DNA from: Eledone cirrhosa
Lineage: Eukaryota
Length of the DNA stretch: 64,000 bases
NCBI GenBank assembly: GCA_964016885.1
Contig: OZ024742.1
Coordinates: 185,256,001-185,320,000 of the forward strand
Direction: 5' to 3'
Shown here: one piece after another, positions 9,701-21,900 of the stretch
Numbering within the stretch: position 1 is the first letter of the stretch
How the letters are laid out: each line of letters begins with the position of its first letter
Translations under genes and position numbers: made by a program
The notes under the pieces: generated by a model
The model's input: the letters and a program-made list of their open reading frames with translations, nothing else
Database searches by the model: none
Told to the model about the DNA's origin: nothing

Positions 9701-12700
9701 TTGGGGTTAAGTTAAGTTGGGGTTAAGTTTAGTTGGGGTTAAGTTAAGTTGGGGTTAAGTTAAGTTGGGGTTGAGTTAAGTTGGGGTTAAGTTAAGTCGG
9801 GGTTAAGTTAAGTTGGGGTTAAGTTAAGTTGGGGTTAAGTTAAGTTGGGGTTGAGTTAAGTTGGGGTTAAGTTAAGTTGGGTTTAAGTTAAGTTGGGGTT
9901 AACTTAAGTCGGGGTTAAGTTAAGTTGGGGTTAAGTTAAGTTGGGGTCAAGTTAAGTTGGGGTTAAGTTAAGTTGGGGTTAAGTTAAGTTGGGGTTAAGT
10001 TAAGTCGGGGTTAAGTTAAGTTGGGGTTAAGTTAAGTTGGGGTTAAGTTAAGTCGCGGTTAAGTTAAGTTGGGGTTAAGTTAAGATGGGGTTAAGTTAAG
10101 TTGTGGTTAAGTTAAGTTGGGGTTAAGATAAGTTGGGGTTAAGTTAAGTTGCGGTTGAGTTAAGTTGGGGTTGAGTTAATTGGGGTTAAGTTAAGTTGGG
10201 GTTAACTTAAGTTGGGTTTAAGTTAAGTTGGGGTTAAGTTAAGTTGGGGTTAAATTAAGTTGGGGTTATGATAAGTTGGGGTTAAGTTAAGTCGGGGTTA
10301 AGTTATGTCGGGGTTAAGTTAAGTTGGTGTTAAGTTAACTTGGTGTTAAGTTAAGTTGGGGTTCAGTTAAGTTGGGGTTGAGTTAAGTTGGGGGTCAAGT
10401 TAAGTTGGGGTTAAGCTAAGTTGGGGTTAAGTTAAGTTGGGGTTAAGTTAAGTTGGGGTTAATTTAAGTTTTGGTTAAGTTAAGTTGGGGCTGAGTTAAG
10501 TTGGGGTCAAGTTAAGTTGGGGTTGAGTTAAGAAGGGGTTAAGTTAACTTGGGGTTAAGTTAAGTTGGGGTTAAGTTAAGTTGGGGTTAAGTTAAGTTGG
10601 GGTTAAGTTAAGTTGGGGTTAAGATAAGTTGGGGTTAAGTTAAGTTGGGGTTGAGTTAAGTTGGGGTTGAGTTAATTTGGGGTTAAGTTAAGTTGGGGTT
10701 AACTTAAGTTGGGGTTCAGTTAAGTTGGCGTTCAGTTAAGTTGCGGTGAAGTTAAGTTGGGGTTAACTTAAGTCGGGGTTAAGTTAAGTTGGGGTTAATT
10801 TAAGTTGGGGTCAAGTTAAGTTGGGGTTAAGTTAAGTTGGGGTTATGTTAAGTTGGGGTTAAGTTAAGTTGGGGTTAAGTTAAGTCGGGGTTAAGTTAAG
10901 TTGGGGTTAAGTTAAGTTGCGGTTAAGTTGAGTTGGGGTCAAGTTAAGTTGGGGTTAAGTTAAGTTGGGGTTAAGTTAAGTCGCGGTTAAGTTAAGTTGG
11001 GGTTAAGTTAAGATGGGGTTAAGTTAAGTTGGGGTTAAGTTAAGTTGGGGTTAAGATAAGTTGGGGTTAAGTTAAGTTGGGGTTGAGTTAAGTTGGGGTT
11101 GAGTTAATTGGGGTTAAGTTAAGTTGGGGTTAACTTAAGTTGGGTTTAAGTTAAGTTGGGGTTAAGTTAAGTTGGGGTTAAATTAAGTTGGGGTTAAGAT
11201 AAGTTGGGGTTAAGTTAAGTCGGGGTTAAGTTAAGTCGGGTTTAAGTTAAGTTGGGGTTAAGTTAACGTGCTGTTAAGTTAAGTTGGGGCTCAGTTAAGT
11301 TGGGGTTGAGTTAAGTTGGGGTCAAGTTAAGTTGGGACTAAGCTAAGTTGGGGTTAAGTTAAGTTGGGGTTAAGTTAAGTTGGCGCTAAGTTAAGTGAAG
11401 GTTAAGTTAAGTCGGGGTTAAGTTAAGTTGGGGTTAAGTTAAGTTGGGGTTAAGTTAAGTTGGGGTCAAGTTAAGTTGGGGTTAAGTTAAGTTGGGGTTA
11501 AGTTAAGTCGCGGTTAAGTTAAGTTGGGGTTAAGTTAAGATGGGGTTAAGTTAAGTTGGGGTTAAGTTAAGTTGGGGTTAAGATAAGTTGGGGTTCAGTT
11601 AAGTTGGGGTTGAGTTAAGTTGGGGTTGAGTTAATTGGGGGTAAGTTAAGTTGGGGGTAAGTTAAGTTTGGGTTAAGTTGGGGTTAAGTTAAGTTAGGGT
11701 TAAGTTACGTTGGGGTTGAGTTAAGTTGGGGTTAATTTAAATTGGGGTTAAGTTAACTTTGTGGTTAAGTTAAGTTGGGGTTAAGTTAAGTTGAGGTTAA
11801 TTTAAGTTGAGGTTAAGTTAAGTTGGGGTTAAGTTAAGTTGGGGTTAAATTAAGCTGGGTTGAAGTTAAGTTGGGGTTAAGTTAAGTTGGGGTTAAGTTA
11901 AGTTGGGGTTAAGTTAAGTCGGGGTTAAGTTAATTTGGGGTTCAGTTAAGTTGGGGTTAAGTTAAGTTGGGGCTTATTTAAGTTGGGGTTAAGTTAAGTT
12001 GTGGTTAAGTTAAGTTGGGGTTAAGTTAAGTCGGGGTTAAGTTAAGTCGGGGTTAAGTTAAGTTGTGGTTAAGTTAAGTTGGGGTTAAGTTAAGTTGGGG
12101 TTGAGTTAAGTTAGGGATAAGCTAAGTTGGCTTTAATTTAAGTTGGGGTTAAGTTAAGTTGGGGTTAAGTTAAGTTGTGGTTAAGTTAAGTTGGGGCTGA
12201 GTTAAGTTGGGGTCAAGTTAAGTTGGGGTTGAGTTAAGTTGGGGTTAAGTTAACTTGGGGTTAATTTAAGTTGGGGTTAAGTCAAATTGGGTTTGAGTTA
12301 AGTTAGGGTTAAGTTAAGTTGGGGTTAAGTTAAGTTGGGGTTAAGTTAAGTTGGGGTTAAGTTAAGTTGGGGTTAAATTAAGCTGGGTTTAAGTTAAGTT
12401 GGGGTTAAGTTAAGTTGGGGTTAAGTTAAGGTGGGGTTAAGTTAAGTTGAGGTTAAGTTAAGTTGGGGTTAAATTCAGTTGGGGTTAAGTTAAGTTGGGG
12501 TTAAGTTAAGTTGGGGATAAGTTAAGTTGAGTTTAAGTTAAGTTGGAGTTAATTTAAGTTGAGGTTAAGTTAAGTTGTGGTTAAGTTAAGTTGTGGTTAA
12601 GTTAAGTTGGGGTTAAGTTAAGTTGGGGTTCAGTTAAGTTGGGGTTACGTTAAGTAGGGGTTAAGTTGGGGTTAAATTAAGTTGGGGTTAAGTTAAGTTG

Positions 12701-12999
12701 GGGTTAAGTTAAGTTGGGGTTAAGTTAAGTTGGGGTTAAGTTAAGTTGGGGTTAAGTTAAGTTGGGGTTGAGTTAAGTTGGGGTTAAGTTAAGTCGGGGT
12801 TAAGTTAAGTTGGGGTTAAGTTAAGTTGGGGTTAAGTTAAGTTGGGATTAAGTTAAGTTGGGGTTGAGTTAAGTTGGGGTTAAGTTAAGTTGGGTTTAAG
12901 TTAAGTTGGGGTTAAGTTAAGTTGGGGTTAAGTTAAGGTGGGGTTAAGTTAAGTTGGGGTTAAGTTAAGTCGGGGTTAAGTTAAGTTGGGGTTAAGTTA

Positions 13000-15900
13000 A
13001 GTTGGGGTTAAGTTAAGTTTGGGTTAAGATAAGTTGGGGTTAAGTTAAGTTGGGGTTGAGTTAAGTTGGGGTTAAGTTAAGTTGGCGTTCAGTTAAGTTG
13101 CGGTTAAGTTAAGATGGTGTTAACTTAAGTCGGGGTTAAGTTAAGTTGGGGTTAAGTTAAGTTGGGGTCAAGTTAAGTTGGGGTTAAGTTAAGTTGGGGT
13201 TAAGTTAAGTTGGGGTTAAGTTAAGTCGGGGTTAAGTTAAGTTGGGGTTATGTTAAGTTGGGGTTAAGTTAAGTTGGGGTCAAGTTAAGTTGGGGTTAAG
13301 TTAAGTTGGGGTTAAGTTAAGTTGGGGTTAAGTTAAGTCGCGGTTAAGTTAAGTTGGGGTTAAGTTAAGATGGGGTTAAGTTAAGTTGTGGTTAAGTTAA
13401 GTTGGGGTTAAGATAAGTTGGGGTTAAGTTAAGTTGCGGTTGAGTTAAGTTGGGGTTGAGTTAATTGGGGTTAAGATAAGTTGGGGTTAAGTTAAGTTGC
13501 GGTTGAGTTAAGTTGGGGTTGAGTTAATTGGGGTTAAGTTAAGTTGGGGTTAACTTAAGTTGGGTTTAAGTTAAGTTGGGGTTAAGTTAAGTTGGGGTTA
13601 AATTAAGTTGGGGTTATGATAAGTTGGGGTTAAGTTAAGTCGGGGTTAAGTTATGTCGGGGTTAAGTTAAGTTGGTGTTAAGTTAACTTGGTGTTAAGTT
13701 AAGTTGGGGTTCAGTTAAGTTGGGGTTGAGTTAAGTTGGGGGTCAAGTTAAGTTGGGGTTAAGCTAAGTTGGGGTTAAGTTAAGTTGGCGTTAAGTTAAG
13801 TTGGGGTTAATTTAAGTTTTGGTTAAGTTAAGTTGGGACTGAGTTAGGTTGGGGTCAAGTTAAGTTGGGGTTGAGTTAAGTTGGGGTTGAGTTAATTTGG
13901 GGTTAAGTTAAGTTGGGGTTAACTTAAGTTGGGGTTCAGTTAAGTTGGCGTTCAGTTAAGTTGCGGTGAAGTTAAGTTGGGGTTAACTTAAGTCGGGGTT
14001 AAGTTAAGTTGGGGTTAATTTAAGTTGGGGTCAAGTTAAGTTGGGGTTAAGTTAAGTTGGGGTTAAGTTAAGTTGGGGTTAAGTTAAGTTGCGGTTAAGT
14101 TAAGTTGGGGTCAAGTTAAGTTGGGGTTAAGTTAAGTTGGGGTTAAGTTAAGTCGCGGTTAAGTTAAGTTGGGGTTAAGTTAAGATGGGGTTAAGTTAAG
14201 TTGGGGTTAAGTTAAGTTGGGGTTAAGATAAGTTGGGGTTAAGTTAAGTTGGGGTTGAGTTAAGTTGGGGTTGAGTTAATTGGGGTTAAGTTAAGTTGGG
14301 GTTAACTTAAGTTGGGTTTAAGTTAAGTTGGGGTTAAGTTAAGTTGGGGTTAAATTAAGTTGGGGTTAAGATAAGTTGGGGTTAAGTTAAGTCGGGGTTA
14401 AGTTAAGTCGGGGTTAAGTTAAGTTGGGGTTAAGTTAACTTGCTGTTAAGTTAAGTTGGGGCTCAGTTAAGTTGGGGTTGAGTTAAGTTGGGGTCAAGTT
14501 AAGTTGGGACTAAGCTAAGTTGGGGTTAAGTTAAGTTGCGGTTAAGTTAAGTTGGCGCTAAGTTAAGTGAAGGTTAAGTTAAGTTGGGGTTGAGTTAAGT
14601 TGGGGTTAAGTTAAGTTGGGGTTGAGTTAAGTTGGGGTTGAGTTAAGTTGGGGTTGAGTTAAGTTGGGGTTACGTTAAGTTGGGGTTAAGTTAAGTTGGG
14701 GTTAAGTTAAGTTTAGGTTAACTTAAGTTGGGGTTAAGTTAAGTTGGGGTTAAGTTAAGTTGGGGCTAAGTTAAGTTGGGGCTAATTTAAGTTGGGGCTA
14801 AGTTAAGTTGGGGTTAAGTTAAGGTGGGGTTTAGTTAAGTTGGGGTTGAGTTAAGTTGGGGTTGAGTTAAGTTGGGGTTAAGTTAAGTTGGGGTTAAGTT
14901 AAGTTAGGGTTAACTTAAGTTGGGGTTAAGTTAAGTTGGGGTTGAGTTAAGTTGGGGTTTAATTAAGTTGGGGTTGAGTTAAGTTGGGGTTGAGTTAAGT
15001 TGGGCTTGAGTTAAGTTGGGGTTGAGTTAAGTTGGGCTTATCTTAAGTTGGGGTTAATTTAAGATGGGGTTAAGTTAAGTTGGGGTTAAGTTAATTTGGG
15101 GTTAAGTTAAGTTGGGGTTAAGTTAAGTTGGGGTTATGTTAAGTTGGGGTTAAGTTAAGTTGAGGTTAACTTAAGTTGGGGTTAAGTTAAGTTGGGGTTA
15201 AGTTAAGTTGGGGCTTAGTTAAGTTGGGGCTAAGTTAAGTTGGGGTTAAGTTAAGTTGGGGTTAAGTTAAGTTGGGGTCAACTTAAGTTGGGGCTAAGTT
15301 AAGTTGGGGTTAAGTTAAGTTGCGGCTAACTTAAGTTGGGGTTAAGTTAAGTTGGGGTTAAATTAAGTTGGGGTCAACGTAAGTTGGGGTTAAGTTAAGT
15401 TGGGGTTAAGTTAATTTGGGGGTAAGTTAAGGTGGGGTTAAGTTAAGTTGGGGTTAAGTTAAGTTGGGGTTAAGTTAAGTTGGGGCTGAGTTAAGTTGGG
15501 GCTGTGTTAAGTTGGGGTTAAGTTAAGTTGGGGTTAAGTTAAGTTGGGGTTAAGTTGGGGTTAAATTAAGTTGGGGTTAATTTAAGTTGGGGTTAAGTTA
15601 AGTTGGGTTTAGGTTAAGTTGGGGTTGAGTTAACTTGGGGTTAAGTTAAGTTGGGGTTAATTTAAGTTGGGGTTAAGTTAAGTTGGGGCTGAGTTAAGTT
15701 GGGATTAAGTTAAGTTGGGGTTGAGTTAAGTTGGGGTTAAGTTAAGTTGGGGTTAAGTTAAGTCGGGGTTAAGTTAAGTTGGGGTTAAGTTAAGTTGGGG
15801 TTAAGTTAAGTTGGGGTTAAGTTAAGTTGGGGTTAAGATAAGTTGGGGTTAAGTTAAGTTGGGGTTGAGTTAAGTTGGGGTTGAGTTAATTTGGGGTTAA

Positions 15901-18900
15901 GTTGGGGTTAACTTAAGTTGGGGTTCAGTTAAGTTGGCGTTCAGTTAAGTTGCGGTGAAGTTAAGTTGGGGTTAACTTAAGTCGGGGTTAAGTTAAGTTG
16001 GGGTTAAGTTAAGTTGGGGTCAAGTTAAGTTGGGGTTAAGTTAAGTTGGGGTTATGTTAAGTTGGGGTTAAGTTAAGTTGGGGTTAAGTTAAGTCGGGGT
16101 TAAGTTAAGTTGGGGTTAAGTTAAGTTGGGGTTAAGTTAAGTTGGGGTCAAGTTAAGTTGGGGTTAAGTTAAGTTGGGATTAAGTTAAGTCGCGGTTAAG
16201 TTAAGTTGGGGTTAAGTTAAGATGGGGCTAAGTTAAGTTGGGGTTAAGTTAAGTTGGGGTTAAGATAAGTTGGGGTTAAGTTAAGTTGGGGTTGAGTTAA
16301 GTTGGGGTTGAGTTAATTGGGGTTAAGTTAAGTTGGGGTTAACTTAAGTTGGGTTTAAGTTAAGTTGGGGTTAAGTTAAGTTGGGGTTAAATTAAGTTGG
16401 GGTTAAGATAAGTTGGGGTTAAGTTAAGTCGGGGTTAAGTTAAGTCGGGGTTAAGTTAAGTTGGGGTTAAGTTAACTTGGTGTTAAGTTAAGTTGGGGCT
16501 CAGTTAAGTTGGGGTTGAGTTAAGTTGGGGTCAAGTTAAGTTGGGACTAAGCTAAGTTGGGGTTAAGTTAAGTTGGGGTTAAGTTAAGTTGGCGCTAAGT
16601 TAAGTGAAGGTTAAGTTAAGTTGGGGTTGAGTTAAGTTGGGGTTAATTTAAGTTGGGGTTGATTTAAGTTGGGGTTGAGTTAAGTTGGGGTTGAGTTAAG
16701 TTGGGGTTACGTTAAGTTGGGGTTAAGTTAAGTTGGGGTTAAGTTAAGTTTAGGTTAACTTAAGTTGGGGTTAAGTTAAGTTGGGGTTAAGTTAAGTTGG
16801 GGCTAAGTTAAGTTGGGGCTAAGTTAAGTTGGGGCTAAGTTAAGTTGGGGTTAAGTTAAGGTGGGGTTTAGTTAAGTTGGGGTTGAGTTAAGTTGGGGTT
16901 GAGTTAAGTTGGGGTTAAGTTAAGTTGGGGTTAAGTTAAGTTAGGGTTAACTTAAGTTGGGGTTAAGTTAAGTTGGGGTTGAGTTAAGTTGGGGTTTAAT
17001 TAAGTTGGGGTTGAGTTAAGTTGGGGTTGAGGTAAGTTGGGCTTGAGTTAAGTTGGGGTTGAGTTAAGTTGGGCTTATCTTAAGTTGGGGTTAATTTAAG
17101 ATGGGGTTAAATTAAGTTGGGGTTAAGTTAATTTGGGGTTAAGTTAAGTTGGGGTTAAGTTAAGTTGGGGTTATGTTAAGTTGGGATTAAGTTAAGTTGA
17201 GGTTAACTTAAGTTGGGGTTAAGTTAAGTTGAGGTTAAGTTAAGTTGGGGCTAAGTTAAGTTGGGGCTAAGTTAAGTTGGGGTTAAGTTAAGTTGGGGTT
17301 AAGTTAAGTTGGGGTCAACGTAAGTTTGGGTTAAGTTAAGTTGGGGTTAAGTTAATTTGGGGGTAAGTTAAGTTGGGGTTAAGTTAAGTTGGGGTTAAGT
17401 TAAGTTGGGGTTAAGTTAAGTTGGGGCTGAGTTAAGTTGGGGCTGTGTTAAGTTGGGGTTGAGTTAAGTTGGGGTTAAGTTGGGGTTAAATTAAGTTGGG
17501 GTTAATTTAAGTTGGGGTTAAGTTAAGTTGGGTTTAGGTTAAGTTGGGGTTGAGTTAAGTTGGGGTTAAGTTAAGTTGGGGTTAATTTAAGTTGGGGTTA
17601 AGTTAAGTTGGGGCTGAGTTAAGTTGGGGTTAAGTTAAGTTGGGGTTGAGTTAAGTTGGGGTTAAGTTAAGTTGGGGTTAAGTTAAGTCGGGGTTAAGTT
17701 AAGTTGGGGTTAAGTTAAGTTGGGGTTAAGTTAAGTTGGGTTTAAGATAAGTTGGGGTTAAGTTGGGGTTGAGTTAAGTTGGGGTTGAGTTAATTTGGGG
17801 TTAAGTTAAGTTGGGGTTAACTTAAGTTGGGGTTCAGTTAAGTTGGCGTTCAGTTAAGTTGCGGTGAAGTTAAGTTGGGGTTAACTTAAGTCGGGGTTAA
17901 GTTAAGTTGGGGTTAAGTTAAGTTGGGGTCAAGTTAAGTTGGGGTTAAGTTAAGTTGGGGTTATGTTAAGTTGGGGTTAAGTTAAGTTGGGGTTAAGTTA
18001 AGTCGGGGTTAAGTTAAGTTGGGGTTAAGTTAAGTTGGGGTTAAGTTAATTGGGGTTAAGTTAAGTTGGGGTCAAGTTAAGTTGGGGTTAAGTTAAGTTA
18101 GGGTTAAGTTAAGCTTGGGTTAAATTAAGTTGGGGTTGAGTTAATTTGGGGTTGAGTTAAGTTGGGGTTGAGTTAAGTTGGGGTTGAGTTAAGTTGGGGT
18201 TAAGTTAAGTTGGGGTTAACTTAAGTTGGGGTTAAGTTAAGTTGGGGTCAATTTAAGTTGAGGTTAAGTTAACTTGGGATTAAGTTAAGTTGGGGTTAAC
18301 TTAAATTGAGGTTAAGTTAAGTTGGGGTTAAGTTAAGTTGGGGGTAAGTTAAGTTGGGGGTAAGTTAAGTTTGGGTTAAGTTGGGGTTAAGTTAAGTTAG
18401 GGTTAAGTTACGTTGGGGTTGAGTTAAGTTGGGGTTAATTTAAATTGGGGTTAAGTTAACTTTGTGGTTAAGTTAAGTTGGGGTTAAGTTAAGTTGAGGT
18501 TAAGTTAATTTGAGGTTAAGTTAAGTTGGGGTTAAGTTAAGTTAGGGTTAAATTAAGCTGGGTTGAAGTTAAGTTGGGGTTAAGTTAAGTTGGGGTTAAG
18601 TTAAGTTGGGGTTGAGTTAAGTTGGGGTTAAGTTAAGTTGGGTTTAAGTTAAGTTGGGGTTAAGTTAAGTTGGGGTTAAGTTAAGGTGGGGTTAAGTTAA
18701 GTTGGGGTTAAGTTAAGTCGGGGTTAAGTTAAGTTGGGGTTAAGTTAAGTTGGGGTTAAATTAAGTTGGGGTTAAGTTAAGTTGGGGTTAAGATAAGTTG
18801 GGGTTAAGTTAAGTTGGGGTTGAGTTAAGTTGGGGTTCAGTTAAGTTGGCGTTCAGTTAAGTTGGGGTTAAGTTAAGTTGGGGTTAACTTAAGTCGGGGT

Positions 18901-21900
18901 TAAGTTAAGTTAGGGTTAAGTTAAGTTGGGGTCAAGTTAAGTTGGGGTTAAGTTAAGTTGGGGTTAAGTTAAGTTGGGGTTAAGTTAAGTCGGGGTTAAG
19001 TTAAGTTGGGGTTAAGTTAAGTAGGGGTTAAGTTAAGTTGGGGTCAAGTTAAGTTGGGGTTGAGTTAAGTTGGGGTTGAGTTAAGTTGGGGTTAAGTTAA
19101 GTTGGGGTTAAGTTAAGTTAGGGTTAACTTAAGTTGGGCTTAAGTTAAGTTTAGGTTAACTTAAGTTGGGGTTAAGTTAATTTGGGGTTAAGTTAAGTTG
19201 GGGCTAAGTTAAGTTGGGGCTAAGTTAAGTTGGGGCTAAGTTAAGTTGGGGTTAAGTTAAGGTGGGGTTTAGTTAAGTTGGGGTTGAGTTAAGTTGGGGT
19301 TGAGTTAAGTTGGGGTTAAGTTAAGTTGGGGTTAAGTTAAGTTAGGGTTAACTTAAGTTGGGGTTAAGTTAAGTTGGGGTTGAGTTAAGTTGGGGTTTAA
19401 TTAAGTTGGGGTTGAGTTAAGTTGGGGTTGAGTTAAGTTGGGCTTGAGTTAAGTTGGGGTTGAGTTAAGTTGGGCTTATCTTAAGTTGGGGTTAATTTAA
19501 GATGGGGTTAAGTTAAGTTGGGGTTAAGTTAATTTGGGATTAAGTTAAGTTGGGGTTAAGTTAAGTTGGGGTTATGTTAAGTTGGGGTTAAGTTAAGTTG
19601 AGGTTAACTTAAGTTGGGGTTAAGTTAAGTTGGGGTTAAGTTAAGTTGGGGCTAAGTTAAGTTGGGGCTAAGTTAAGTTGGGGTTAAGTTAAGTTGGGGT
19701 TAAGTTAAGTTGGGGTCAACTTAAGTTGGGGCTAAGTTAAGTTGGAGTTAAGTTAAGTTGGGGTTAAATTAAGTTGGGGTCAACGTAAGTTGGGGTTAAG
19801 TTAAGTTGGGGTTAAGTTAATTTGGGGGTAAGTTAAGTTGGGGTTAAGTTAAGTTGGGGTTAAGTTAAGTTGGGGTTAAGTTAAGTTGGGGCTGAGTTAA
19901 ATTGGGGCTGTGTTAAGTTGGGGTTAAGTTAAGTTGGGGTTAAGTTAAGTTGGGGTTAAGTTAAGTTGGGGTTAAGTTAAGTTGGGGTTAAGTTGGGGTT
20001 AAATTAAGTTGGGGTTAATTTAAGTTGGGGTTAAGTTAAGTTGGGTTTAGGTTAAGTTGGGGTTGAGTTAAGTTGGGGTTAAGTTAAGTTGGGGTTAATT
20101 TAAGTTGGGGTTAAGTTAAGTTGGGGCTGAGTTAAGTTGGGGTTAAGTTAAGTTGGGGTTGAGTTAAGTTGGGGTTAAGTTAAGTTGGGGTTAAGTTAAG
20201 TTGGGGTTAAGTTAAGTTGGGGTTAAGTTAAGTTGGGGTTAAGATAAGTTGGGGTTAAGTTAAGTTGCGGTTGAGTTAAGTTGGGGTTGAGTTAAGTTGG
20301 GGTTAAGTTAAGTTGGCGTTCAGTTAAGTTGCGGTTAAGTTAAGATGGTGTTAAGTTAAGTCGGGGTTAAGTTAAGTTGGGGTTAAGTTAAGTTGGGGTC
20401 AAGTTAAGTTGGGGTTAAGTTAAGTTGGGGTTAAGTTAAGTTGGGGTTAAGTTAAGTCGGGGTTAAGTTAAGTTGGGGTTAAGTTAAGTTGGGGTTAAGT
20501 TAAGTTGGGGTCAAGTTAAGTTGGGGTTAAGTTAAGTTGGGGTTAAGTTAAGTTGGGGTTAAGTTAAGTCGCGGTTAAGTTAAGTTGGGGTTAAGTTAAG
20601 ATGGGGTTAAGTTAAGTTGTGGTTAAGTTAAGTTGGGGTTAAGATAAGTTGGGGTTAAGTTAAGTTGGGGTTAAGTTAAGTTGGGGTTAAGTTAAGTTGG
20701 GGTCAAGTTAAGTTGGGGTTAAGTTAAGTTGGGGTTAAGTTAAGTTGGGGTTAAGTTAAGTCGGGGTTAAGTTAAGTTGGGGTTAAGTTAAGTTGGGGTT
20801 AAGTTAAGTTGGGGTTAAGTTAAGTTGGGGTTAAGTTAAGTTGGGGTTAAGTTAAGTCGCGGTTAAGTTAAGTTGGGGTTAAGTTAAGATGGGGTTAAGT
20901 TAAGTTGTGGTTAAGTTAAGTTGGGGTTAAGATAAGTTGGGGTTAAGTTAAGTTGCGGTTGAGTTAAGTTGGGGTTGAGTTAATTGGGGTTAAGATAAGT
21001 TGGGGTTAAGTTAAGTTGCGGTTGAGTTAAGTTGGGGTTGAGTTAATTGGGGTTAAGTTAAGTTGGGGTTAACTTAAGTTGGGTTTAAGTTAAGTTGGGG
21101 TTAAATTAAGTTGGGGTTATGATAAGTTGGGGTTAAGTTAAGTCGGGGTTAAGTTATGTCGGGGTTAAGTTAAGTTGGTGTTAAGTTAACTTGGTGTTAA
21201 GTTAAGTTGGGGTTCAGTTAAGTTGGGGTTGAGTTAAGTTGGGGGTCAAGTTAAGTTGGGGTTAAGCTAAGTTGGGGTTAAGTTAAGTTGGGGTTAAGTT
21301 AAGTTGGGTTAATTTAAGTTTTGGTTAAGTTAAGTTGGGGCTGAGTTAGGTTGGGGTCAAGTTAAGTTGGGGTTGAGTTAAGTTGGGGTTGAGTTAATTT
21401 GGGGTTAAGTTAAGTTGGGGTTAACTTAAGTTGGGGTTCAGTTAAGTTGGCGTTCATTTAAGTTGCGGTGAAGTTAAGTTGGGGTTAACTTAAGTCGGGG
21501 TTAAGTTAAGTTGGGGTTAATTTAAGTTGGGGTCAAGTTAAGTTGGGGTTAAGTTAAGTTGGGGTTAAGTTAAGTTGGGGTTAAGTTAAGTTGCGGTTAA
21601 GTTAAGTTGGGGTCAAGTTAAGTTGGGGTTAAGTTAAGTTGGGGTTAAGTTAAGTCGCGGTTAAGTTAAGTTGGGGTTAAGTTAAGATGGGGTTAAGTTA
21701 AGTTGGGGTTAAGTTAAGTTGGGGTTAAGATAAGTTGGGGTTAAGTTAAGTTGGGGTTGAGTTAAGTTGGGGTTGAGTTAATTGGGGTTAAGTTAAGTTG
21801 GGGTTAACTTAAGTTGGGTTTAAGTTAAGTTGGGGTTAAGTTAAGTTGGGGTTAAATTAAGTTGGGGTTAAGATAAGTTGGGGTTAAGTTAAGTCGGGGT

